Positions 32,132-39,690 of a stretch of DNA of 64,000 bases are shown piece by piece. The DNA is taken from positions 192,175 to 256,174 of the forward strand of contig DATEHU010000034.1 in assembly GCA_035279405.1 (NCBI GenBank), in the 5' to 3' direction. A program made the translations under genes and the position numbers. The notes beneath the pieces are model-generated. The model was not told the DNA's origin. It did not search any database and saw only the letters and a program-made list of their open reading frames with translations. Position 1 is the stretch's first letter, and each line of letters starts with the position of its first letter. This DNA is from Gammaproteobacteria bacterium. Its GTDB lineage: Bacteria > Pseudomonadota > Gammaproteobacteria > Natronospirales > REEB76.

Positions 32132-34174
32132 TCACGCGGCGATGCCGTTCAACCGCAGGAAGGGACCGAGCACCGGTGCGCGGCCGCGGAATTCGGTGAA
32201 CAGCTCCATGGCCTCGCGGCTGCCACCTTGGGCGAGGATGGTATCCATGAAACGTTTGCCGGTGACGCGGTCGAACACGCCGGCCTCTTCGAACGCGCTG
32301 TAGGCGTCCGCGGCCAGAACTTCCGCCCACAGATAGCTGTAATAGCCTGCCGCGTAACCGCCGGCGAAGATGTGCGAGAAGCTGTGGGCGAAGCGGTTCC
32401 ACTCGGGCACCGGTGTCACGCTGACTTCGCGGCGCACCGCCGCAAGTGTTGCGCCGATGAAGTTCTCGTCCGGATGTTCGTTTGCCTGCATGTGCAGGCG
32501 GAAATCCAGCAGGCCGAATTCCAGCTGGCGCAGCATGAACAGCGCGCTCTGGAAATGACGCGCGGCCAGCATTCTCTGGAACAGCGCGTCGGGCAACGGC
32601 TCGCCGGTCTGATAATGGCCTGACACCAGCGCCAGGCCTTCACGCGTCCAAGCGAAGTTTTCATGAAACTGGCTCGGTAATTCCACTGCGTCCCACGCCA
32701 CGCCGTTAATCCCGGCGACCGAAGGGTAATCCACCTGCGTCAGAAGATGATGCAGACAGTGGCCGAATTCATGAAACAGCGTAACCACCTCATCGTGCGT
32801 CAGCAATGACGGCATGCCGTCCAAGGGCGGCGCGAAGTTGCAGGTGAGATACGCTGCGGGAATCTGTATGCCGTGCGCGGTTTTGCGCCGGCTCAGGCAA
32901 TCGTCCATCCACGCGCCGCTGCGCTTGCCGGGACGGGTGTACAAATCCAGATACAAGCGCCCGCGCAAGCGGCCGGTGTCGTCTTCTATGGCATACAGGG
33001 CCACATCCGGGTGCCATACGTCGGCGCCCGCCACTTCGCGCAGGCTGATGCCGTAGAGCCGGCGCACCACGGAAAACAGGCCGTCGCGCACGCGCGTCAC
33101 CGGGAAATACGGCTTCAGCATTTCGTCCGAGATGGCAAAGCGCCGTTCGCGCAATTTCTCCGAGTAATAACCCAGATCCCAGGCTGCGAGCTCTGCGAGG
33201 CGGTCGCGGTTACAGGCGTATTCCTGGAGTTCCGCGTATTCGCGCTGGCCGGCCGGACGGCAGCGGTGCACCAGGTCCGTGAGGAAACCCAGCACTTCTT
33301 CCTGTGTGTGCAGCATTTTGCTGGCGAGTGAGTAGTCGGCGTAGGACTTGAAACCCGTAAGCCGCGCGGCTTGGGTTCTCAGGCCCAGGATTTCGCGCAT
33401 GTTTTGGCTGTTGTCCCAGCGTTCGGCATCGGGACCCTGATCGGAGGAGCGCGTGACATAGGCGCGGTACATTTCCTCGCGCAAGCTGCGATCATCGGCA
33501 TAGGTGATGACCGCGGCGTAGCTCGGGTAGTCCAGCGTGAATACCCAACCCTCGAGCTTGCGGGTTTCCGCCTCGTGGCGCGCCCGTGTTACCGCGGTGG
33601 CCGGAAGGCCGGCAAGCTGAGCTGCATTTGTGACCTGCTTGACCCAGCCCTGGGTCGCGTCCAGCAGATTTTCCTCGAACTTCGTTTCCAGCTTTGACAA
33701 GCGTTGCATGATGTCCCGAAAGCGGTTTTTCTTTTCCGCCGGCAAGTCCACGCCCGCGAGGCGGAAATCGCGCAGCGCGTCGTCAATGAGTTTGCGCTGC
33801 GCGGCTGTGTAAGCCTGCCAGGCCGCACCGTTTTTGAGCGTAGCGTATTGTTTCTGCAGCACGCCGTTCTGACCGAGTTCGGTGTCGTAGTCGCTGATCT
33901 TGGGCAGGCAGGCGTTGTAGGCCGCGCGAATTGCGGGTGTGTTCATCACCGCGTTCAAGTGCGCTGCCGGCGACCAGGCGCGGTGCAACCGGTCGCCCAG
34001 AGTTTCCAGCGGCTCAATGAAATCGTCCCAGTCGGGAGCGCCGCCGGCTTCCAATTGCGTGATGCGTGCCCGGTTCTCGGCAAGCACGGTGTCCACCGCC
34101 GGTTCAATGTGCTCGGCGCGGATTTCGGAAAAACGGGGCAGCCCGTCCGGTGCGAGCAGCGGGTTGTCGTTCAT
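32132..34174 (-). CDS. prlC: Oligopeptidase A (M3 metallopeptidase)
   Basis: HEFGHCLHH zinc motif, about 680 aa, and PrlC-like N-terminus MNDNPLL. The ORF track starts 12 codons upstream. Confidence 0.92.
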   Translation of the reverse strand: MNDNPLLAPDGLPRFSEIRAEHIEPAVDTVLAENRARITQLEAGGAPDWDDFIEPLETLGDRLHRAWSPAAHLNAVMNTPAIRAAYNACLPKISDYDTELGQNGVLQKQYATLKNGAAWQAYTAAQRKLIDDALRDFRLAGVDLPAEKKNRFRDIMQRLSKLETKFEENLLDATQGWVKQVTNAAQLAGLPATAVTRARHEAETRKLEGWVFTLDYPSYAAVITYADDRSLREEMYRAYVTRSSDQGPDAERWDNSQNMREILGLRTQAARLTGFKSYADYSLASKMLHTQEEVLGFLTDLVHRCRPAGQREYAELQEYACNRDRLAELAAWDLGYYSEKLRERRFAISDEMLKPYFPVTRVRDGLFSVVRRLYGISLREVAGADVWHPDVALYAIEDDTGRLRGRLYLDLYTRPGKRSGAWMDDCLSRRKTAHGIQIPAAYLTCNFAPPLDGMPSLLTHDEVVTLFHEFGHCLHHLLTQVDYPSVAGINGVAWDAVELPSQFHENFAWTREGLALVSGHYQTGEPLPDALFQRMLAARHFQSALFMLRQLEFGLLDFRLHMQANEHPDENFIGATLAAVRREVSVTPVPEWNRFAHSFSHIFAGGYAAGYYSYLWAEVLAADAYSAFEEAGVFDRVTGKRFMDTILAQGGSREAMELFTEFRGRAPVLGPFLRLNGIAA

Positions 34175-34261
34175 GTGCGGTGCGGGAGTCTGATGAGGGT
34201 CGCGGCGCATGGTAGCACGCCGGATTCAGACCATCAGGCTGCGCAACTCCAGTAGCGGAAA

Positions 34262-35206
34262 TCAGGGTTGTGCGCTCGGGACCACGTAGGTCGCAGTGGA
34301 TGCCTGGTGGTGCAGCGTAATCCTGTAGCCGGCAGCAACGCCGGCAATTACAAACAGCAGCAGGCAGCCCGCGGCTGCGATCTGGAAACGCCGGACCACC
34401 TGCTTTTCCGGGCGCGTGGAAATGATGAAGCGCCGCCCGTCTTCCGGTTTCGCCAGCACGTTCATGGGCGGGCGCTGCATGGCCTGGCGTTCCTGAGCCA
34501 GCACTTGCTCGCGCGCGGCTTGGCGCGCAACTTCCCATTCCTGGTCGTTCAACTGGCCGTCGTGATCTTTGTCGAAGCGTCGCAGCAGATCCGCCTGATC
34601 CTGTTTCCAGTCATGCAGCAACTGGGCGACGTCCTGATTGAGGGCCAGGGCGTCGGCGCTGGCATTCTGCGTGCGGAAGAATCCCAGCGCAAAAATGAAG
34701 TCCTGGGGAGCAATGAGCTCTTCGACATAGCGATACGGCGAAGTCAGACCAAATCCCCCGATGGGTGGTCCGCGTTGTGGCTGTGGCTGGTCCCCGTACC
34801 AGACAGTCCGGGTCGTCGTGATCACCTCGGCATGCTCGGGATCTATTACGCACTGGCCGGTAGAGTCACGGAGCAAAAACAAATCGTCGCTGGTGCCATG
34901 CTCGATGGCTTGCCAACCCTGATTCCGGCCGGATCGTGCGCGCTCTTCCACTTTGTAGGACCACCAGGTACAGCGGCTTTGGGTCAGCGGCGAAATGATC
35001 GGCGCACCCGGCATCAGGTCCGCGTGTCCCTCAAGTTTCACGTAGCCTTGAGCCGCGGAGCGCACGAGCGAGACTGGCGTCTCCTCGACCGCCCAGGCGC
35101 GCAGCAGGAACATGAAGCCCGCGACCAGCGCGCCCGCTGCCACCACGCACAGCACTATCGTCCACAACCAGAAATTGCCGGGATCCGCAGCGTGCACAGC
35201 AGGCAC
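34262..35206 (-). CDS. GIDE-domain membrane protein with an EF-hand-like loop
   Basis: N-terminal TM, then AAQGYVKLEG...SPLTQSRCTWW, typical of bacterial GIDE (E3-ligase-like) domain proteins that pair with LemA. Has a DKDHDGQLNDQE loop and a C-terminal TM. Confidence 0.7.
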   Translation of the reverse strand: MPAVHAADPGNFWLWTIVLCVVAAGALVAGFMFLLRAWAVEETPVSLVRSAAQGYVKLEGHADLMPGAPIISPLTQSRCTWWSYKVEERARSGRNQGWQAIEHGTSDDLFLLRDSTGQCVIDPEHAEVITTTRTVWYGDQPQPQRGPPIGGFGLTSPYRYVEELIAPQDFIFALGFFRTQNASADALALNQDVAQLLHDWKQDQADLLRRFDKDHDGQLNDQEWEVARQAAREQVLAQERQAMQRPPMNVLAKPEDGRRFIISTRPEKQVVRRFQIAAAGCLLLFVIAGVAAGYRITLHHQASTATYVVPSAQP

Positions 35207-35245
35207 CTAATTGGCCACAGAGAGTACAGGCGACCTGCGCCCGGA

Positions 35246-35818
35246 TCAGCTGAACAGCGCCTTCATGTTCACGTCTTGCTTGTCGCCCGCAGCGATCTCC
35301 AGACGGCTGGCTTCCTTGAAGCCGAAATTGCGCGCGATCAGCACTGCTGGGAATTGCTCGAGGCGCGTGTTGAAGGTGTTTACGGAATCGTTGTAGAACT
35401 CGCGCCGGTCCGCGATGCTGCTTTCCAGTCCGGTAATGCGGCTTTGCAGCTGCTGGAAGGACTCATTAGCCTTGAGATCGGGATAGGCCTCGGCAACGGC
35501 GAACAGGTTGCCGATGGTGGCGCGCAATTGGGATTCGGCCGGGCCGAGTGCAGCCACGTTGCCGCTGGTGCGTGCCTGTTGCACGCCTTCGCGGGCCTGC
35601 ATGACTTTCACCAGGGTCTGCTGTTCATAGCCCATGTACTGCTTGCAGGTCTCGACCAGTTTCGGTAATTCATCGTGGCGCTGCTTGAGCAGCACGTCGA
35701 TGTTCGACCAGGCGGTGGCGACATTGTTCTTCAGCACTACGAGGTTGTTGTAGAGTACGAATGCGTAAATGATGAGAATGACAATAATTGCCAGGATGAT
35801 GTAACCGGTGACGCCCAT
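35246..35818 (-). CDS. lemA: LemA family protein
   Basis: N-terminal TM plus LemA-like helical region (NIDVLLKQRHDELPKLVE...). Confidence 0.9.
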   Translation of the reverse strand: MGVTGYIILAIIVILIIYAFVLYNNLVVLKNNVATAWSNIDVLLKQRHDELPKLVETCKQYMGYEQQTLVKVMQAREGVQQARTSGNVAALGPAESQLRATIGNLFAVAEAYPDLKANESFQQLQSRITGLESSIADRREFYNDSVNTFNTRLEQFPAVLIARNFGFKEASRLEIAAGDKQDVNMKALFS

Positions 35819-35964
35819 GATGTTCTCCCCAAACGTCCGGATTGCGGCCGGACTTTATCATGCGCACGACATGGGGGTCACCACGCGGGTTTCAAGCGCC
35901 GGGCTGCGCCGCGCAGCACGCGGCCGGGCCCGTCTCGCGGCTGCGTGCCAGGGCGGGTGACGGC

Positions 35965-36516
35965 GTGCCGTTGCGGAGGTTTCAGTCGCAGACGCCAGCC
36001 CTCGGGCAGCGTGTATATGTGGATGGCACCGCGCTGGTCATTGGCCAGGTGGTACTGGCCGACGACGTGTCGCTATGGCCATACGCGGTGGTGCGCGGCG
36101 ACGTAAACGCCATTCGCATCGGGGCGCGCAGCAACATCCAGGATCTGAGCGTTTTGCACGTGACTCACGATGGGCCGTATTCACCCGCTGGTTTTGCACT
36201 GGCGGTCGGGGAAGACGTGACCGTCGGGCACAGGTGCGTGCTGCACGCCTGCACGATCGGCGACCGCTGTCTTGTAGGGATGGGCAGCATCGTGATGGAC
36301 GGTGCGGTGATCGAAGACGAGGTACTGCTCGCGGCGGGGAGCCTGGTCGGCCCCGGCAAGCGCGTCGAGTCCGGATACCTGTATCGCGGCAGCCCGGCAC
36401 GCAAGCTGCGCCCGCTGGCTGCGCAGGAGCGCGATATGCTGCGTTATTCCGCAGCCCATTATGTGGGTCTGAAAGACCGCTATTTGAGTGCTGCCGGGAT
36501 CTCCGACCGGAAGTGA
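35965..36516 (+). CDS. Gamma carbonic anhydrase-like hexapeptide-repeat protein (YrdA/PaaY family)
   Basis: LRRFQSQTPALGQRVYVD...VVRGDVNAIRIGARSNIQDLSVLHV matches the family. The in-frame GTG at 35965 fits the usual N-terminus. The ORF-track start at 35842 is probably too far upstream. Confidence 0.82.
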   Translation: MPLRRFQSQTPALGQRVYVDGTALVIGQVVLADDVSLWPYAVVRGDVNAIRIGARSNIQDLSVLHVTHDGPYSPAGFALAVGEDVTVGHRCVLHACTIGDRCLVGMGSIVMDGAVIEDEVLLAAGSLVGPGKRVESGYLYRGSPARKLRPLAAQERDMLRYSAAHYVGLKDRYLSAAGISDRK

Positions 36517-36649
36517 TTTTCCAGTCCAGTCTCCCAATTGGTGGATTTCTAGGCACGCGATTTGCTTGCCTGCCAGATTTTGGTTTGTTTAAATAATGAC
36601 TATGCCAGAACTCTGCAAATTCGCAGTAATTACCGGCATGATTCAAGAA

Positions 36650-36812
36650 GTTTCGTGGCTGTCACGTCCGGTCTCTGGCAATTCGCAGTGCATGGTCTAT
36701 ACCTACTGCCGACGGTCGGACCACCGTTTTTATGGGTCCGCAGCGCCTTTTCCGCCTTCCTTCGGCGCCGTTCGGTAATTCTCTATCGGTCTCAAGCTTG
36801 GAGGTTGATTCC
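36650..36812 (+). promoter_or_regulatory. Conserved 5-prime leader of YaaH-like paralog 1 (contains possible uORF ending ATGA on the start codon)
   Basis: About 75% identical to the leader of paralog 2. Has a strong GGAGG at 36800-36804. The track ORF 36562-36816 ends at a TGA overlapping the ATG at 36813. Confidence 0.5.
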
Positions 36813-37379
36813 ATGAATAACAGACTGGTCATTTCATCCACCATTGGGTTTATGTGTATCGGCTTGACGCTTTGGATGGGGGGACTATCCCCGACACACT
36901 GGGTCGCCGGTCCCAACATGCACGCCATGATCATGACGTTCACGCTCGGCAGCGTGGTATTGGGCGTCATGGCAATCCTGAGTTTCTTCCACGGCCGCAC
37001 CCTGGATGCCATCATCTTTTTTGGCTTCGCCGGGTTGCTTATGACCTTGGGTCACGAGGGCATGGGCCAAATGGCAACCACCGGCGACTCATCCGGTACC
37101 ATGGGCTGGTTCAGTCTGGTATGGGCAATATTCTTCTTCTATGTATGGATCGGCTCATTCAAGTCCGGCTGGGCGCGCTCGCTGTTCTTGTTGGCAGCGT
37201 GGCTTACTGGATTGGCCTATGCGTTACATGGCTGGCTGGGGATGGGTGTGTTCGAATACATCGGTGGCTATCTCGAGTTGTTCTCTGGCTTGGTGGCGGC
37301 CTACATTTCTGCCGCAACAATTATCAATCACGGCTGTGGCAAGAACTGCTTGAATACCGGCAGCACGGACGCACCCTGA
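36813..37379 (+). CDS. Divergent GPR1/FUN34/YaaH-like membrane protein, paralog 1
   Basis: 188 aa with about 6 TM, colinear with SatP at 22915-23499 (YVWIGSFKSGWA vs YMWVGTFKLNWA; LVAAYISAATIIN vs VIAMYTSFAIVTN). GGAGG sits 8 nt upstream of the ATG. Confidence 0.75.
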   Translation: MNNRLVISSTIGFMCIGLTLWMGGLSPTHWVAGPNMHAMIMTFTLGSVVLGVMAILSFFHGRTLDAIIFFGFAGLLMTLGHEGMGQMATTGDSSGTMGWFSLVWAIFFFYVWIGSFKSGWARSLFLLAAWLTGLAYALHGWLGMGVFEYIGGYLELFSGLVAAYISAATIINHGCGKNCLNTGSTDAP

Positions 37380-37407
37380 ACGTCTGGATTCCATCCAGGG
37401 ATTGCAA

Positions 37408-37436
37408 ACAGGGCGGGGTAACCCGCCCTGTTTTTG
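37408..37436 (+). terminator. Rho-independent terminator
   Basis: ACAGGGCGGG-GTAA-CCCGCCCTGT followed by TTTTT. Confidence 0.88.
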
Positions 37437-37467
37437 ACTCCTGCAAATGGCGACAAGACTGACGATG

Positions 37468-37630
37468 ATGTACAGATGGCTTGAAAGTCAGCTGGACAAT
37501 CTGCGGCCATGGGCTGTACCTAGTGCCGCCGTCCGGGTCGCCGTTTTGGGGGTTCTTGGCGTCCTTCTCGGCTTTTCTTTGGCGCGGTTCGATATTTATC
37601 TCGGTCTACACAAGCTTGGAGGTTGATTCC
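37468..37630 (+). promoter_or_regulatory. Conserved 5-prime leader of YaaH-like paralog 2
   Basis: Homologous to 36650-36812. Here the leader frame is fused in-frame to the CDS (track ORF 37481-38197 with a TTG start). Confidence 0.5.
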
Positions 37631-38197
37631 ATGAATAACAGACTGGTCATTTCATCCACCATTGGGTTTATGTGTATCGGGTTGACCGTGTGGATGAGCA
37701 ATTTGCTCACCACCCATTGGGTAGCCGGGCCCAACATGCACGCCACAGTTATGGCCTTCACCCTCGGCACGGTGGTGCTCGGGGTCATGGCAATCCTGAG
37801 CTTCTTCCATGGGCGCACGCTCGATGCCATCATCTTCTTCGGCGCGGCGGGTTACTTCTTCACCGCTTCCCATGGGATGGGCCACATGAGTGCGCCGGGT
37901 GGAGACTCCTCCGGCACGATCGGATGGTTTTATTTGGTTTGGGCGATCTTCATTTTTTACGTGTGGCTGGGATCGTTCAAAGCCGGCTGGGCGCGTTCCC
38001 TGTTCCTGTTGGCCGCGTGGATTTCGGTGCTGTTCTATTGCCTTTTGGGCTGGCTCGGTCTGGATGTATTCAACTACATCGCGGGCTACGTCGGCTTGTT
38101 TGCCGGTTTGGTGGCGGCTTATATCTCCGCCGCCGAGATCGTCAATCATGGTTGTGGCAAGCAGATCTTGAACATCGGCTCCTCGGACGCTTCCTGA
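37631..38197 (+). CDS. Divergent GPR1/FUN34/YaaH-like membrane protein, paralog 2
   Basis: 188 aa, about 75% identical to paralog 1, with an identical RBS and first 16 codons. Confidence 0.75.
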   Translation: MNNRLVISSTIGFMCIGLTVWMSNLLTTHWVAGPNMHATVMAFTLGTVVLGVMAILSFFHGRTLDAIIFFGAAGYFFTASHGMGHMSAPGGDSSGTIGWFYLVWAIFIFYVWLGSFKAGWARSLFLLAAWISVLFYCLLGWLGLDVFNYIAGYVGLFAGLVAAYISAAEIVNHGCGKQILNIGSSDAS

Positions 38198-38220
38198 TCG
38201 GCAAAGACGGAGTCCGTGAA

Positions 38221-38249
38221 ACAGGGCGGGGCAACCCGCCCTGTTTTTT
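38221..38249 (+). terminator. Rho-independent terminator
   Basis: ACAGGGCGGG-GCAA-CCCGCCCTGT followed by TTTTTT. Confidence 0.88.
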
Positions 38250-38267
38250 GGTGTCTGAGGCATTGGC

Positions 38268-38816
38268 ATGGACAAGTCGCATCCCGTACTGTGGACCATC
38301 GGCCATTCGACGCGCACGTTGGGTGAATTGATCGCCTTGCTGCGCGAGCATGGCGTCACGCGGCTGGTTGACGTGCGCACGGTGCCGCGCTCGGCTCACA
38401 ATCCTCAGTTCAACACCGAAACCCTGCCGGCAAGTCTCAGTGCGCAGGGTATTGCCTACACGCACCTGGCGGCACTCGGCGGTTTGCGGCATGCGCGCAA
38501 GGACTCGGTGAACACCGGCTGGAGAAATGCCAGTTTCCGCGGCTACGCGGATTACATGCAGACGGCGGATTTCGCCCGCGGCCTGGACGAATTGATGGCG
38601 CTGGGCGGCAAGGAAACCGTGGCCATCGTGTGTGCCGAAGCGGTGCCGTGGCGTTGTCATCGCTCATTGATCGCCGATGCGCTCACGGTTCACGGCATCG
38701 AAGTGCGCCACATCATGGGGCCGGGCAAATGGCATGCGCATAAGCTCACACCTTTTGCGCGGGTGGATGGCGTGCGTATTACCTATCCGCCCATATCGAC
38801 AACTGCCGAGGATTGA
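38268..38816 (+). CDS. DUF488 family protein
   Basis: LWTIGHSTRTLGELIALLREHGVTRLVDVRTVPRS ... VAIVCAEAVPWRCHRSLIAD matches the DUF488 pattern. Confidence 0.85.
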   Translation: MDKSHPVLWTIGHSTRTLGELIALLREHGVTRLVDVRTVPRSAHNPQFNTETLPASLSAQGIAYTHLAALGGLRHARKDSVNTGWRNASFRGYADYMQTADFARGLDELMALGGKETVAIVCAEAVPWRCHRSLIADALTVHGIEVRHIMGPGKWHAHKLTPFARVDGVRITYPPISTTAED

Positions 38817-39073
38817 TGGTGCAAGGCGCTGCGCATTGCAGAGCCTTTGTGGTCTCCACGTTTGCGGGATTTGAGGCGCAACATCGGCCTCGCGTTATCG
38901 TGCGTGGGAGTAACATGGCCGTGGCATGCGGATGCTGGCTACAGTTGTGTGCTGACTTGCCCGGGCATGGCTGCGGCCGCGCGGCTTGCGCCCTGTACTG
39001 GCCGGCCGGATAATCCGCGCCATCGCCGCCACGACAATTTCGGTGCGTCGCGCGCCGTCACGGATCCGGATGC

Positions 39074-39631
39074 ATGCCAGCCAATCGCAGTCATGAAATC
39101 GAGGGCCGCCCAATCCGCGTTTTCGACGGCCTCATCGCCCAGCCGGACATTTACCGCCTGACCGCGGCCATGGAAAGCGGCGCGTTCAAGCGTGACGAAG
39201 TCGCGCGCCCGGAAACCGCCGGTTTCCGGCATTGGGCGCTGAACATCCCGCTGGAAACCGCACCGCGGCTGCCCGTGTATCAGCCCACGCTCGATGCGGT
39301 GCGTGAATTTGACGGCGGCGAACGCTATCGCATTTACCGCTGTTACTGCAATCACGCGGGCTACGGCGACATGCTGTTCACGCACACCGATGCCGCTCCC
39401 GGCCAGCCAGGGTTGACGGCACTGTGGTACGTGGCGCCGGAATGGAATGTCGAGTGGGGCGGCGAGACTTTGTTTTTCAATTCACAGATGGATGCGGAAG
39501 TGGCGGTCAGTCCGCGACCCGGACGCCTGGTGGTGTTCGATGGCGCCATCACCCACGTTGGCCGTCCGCCGAACCGCATCTGTTATGCGCCGCGTTACAC
39601 GCTGGCATTCAAATTGAAGCCCGAGAACTGA
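39074..39631 (+). CDS. 2OG-Fe(II) oxygenase superfamily protein
   Basis: HxD...H...R pattern: FTHTDAAP, AITHVGRPP, RYTLAFK. Confidence 0.68.
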   Translation: MPANRSHEIEGRPIRVFDGLIAQPDIYRLTAAMESGAFKRDEVARPETAGFRHWALNIPLETAPRLPVYQPTLDAVREFDGGERYRIYRCYCNHAGYGDMLFTHTDAAPGQPGLTALWYVAPEWNVEWGGETLFFNSQMDAEVAVSPRPGRLVVFDGAITHVGRPPNRICYAPRYTLAFKLKPEN

Positions 39632-39690
39632 CGCGACTTCGGGTCCGTTAAGGGTCAGTATTACCGCTCGTTGATACCGGCAGCGGTGGC

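Larger units (their letters stand above)
36612..38249 (+). repeat. Tandem duplication (period about 818 bp) of a complete leader-gene-terminator unit
   Basis: Units at about 36612-37436 and about 37439-38249 are colinear. They share a 70-nt perfectly identical block (36793-36862 = 37611-37680) and near-identical terminators. Confidence 0.85.

Noticed and set aside
36650-36812. A riboswitch or sigma-54 promoter in the conserved leader of the YaaH-like genes.
   Set aside because: Candidate helices in copy 1 (ACGGU...ACCGU, GCGCC...GGCGC) are not maintained or compensated in copy 2. The TGGCAA-N-GTGCA motif has the wrong GG-to-GC spacing and is absent from copy 2. I recognised no known riboswitch core. 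This is kept as an open question in the findings rather than as a call.
38817-39073. 257-nt gap with track ORFs 38847-39161 and 38813-39013.
   Set aside because: The ORFs are Cys/Arg/Ala-rich with no motifs or RBS. The downstream 2OG-oxygenase ORF has its own plausible start at 39074. The gap is treated as an intergenic region.
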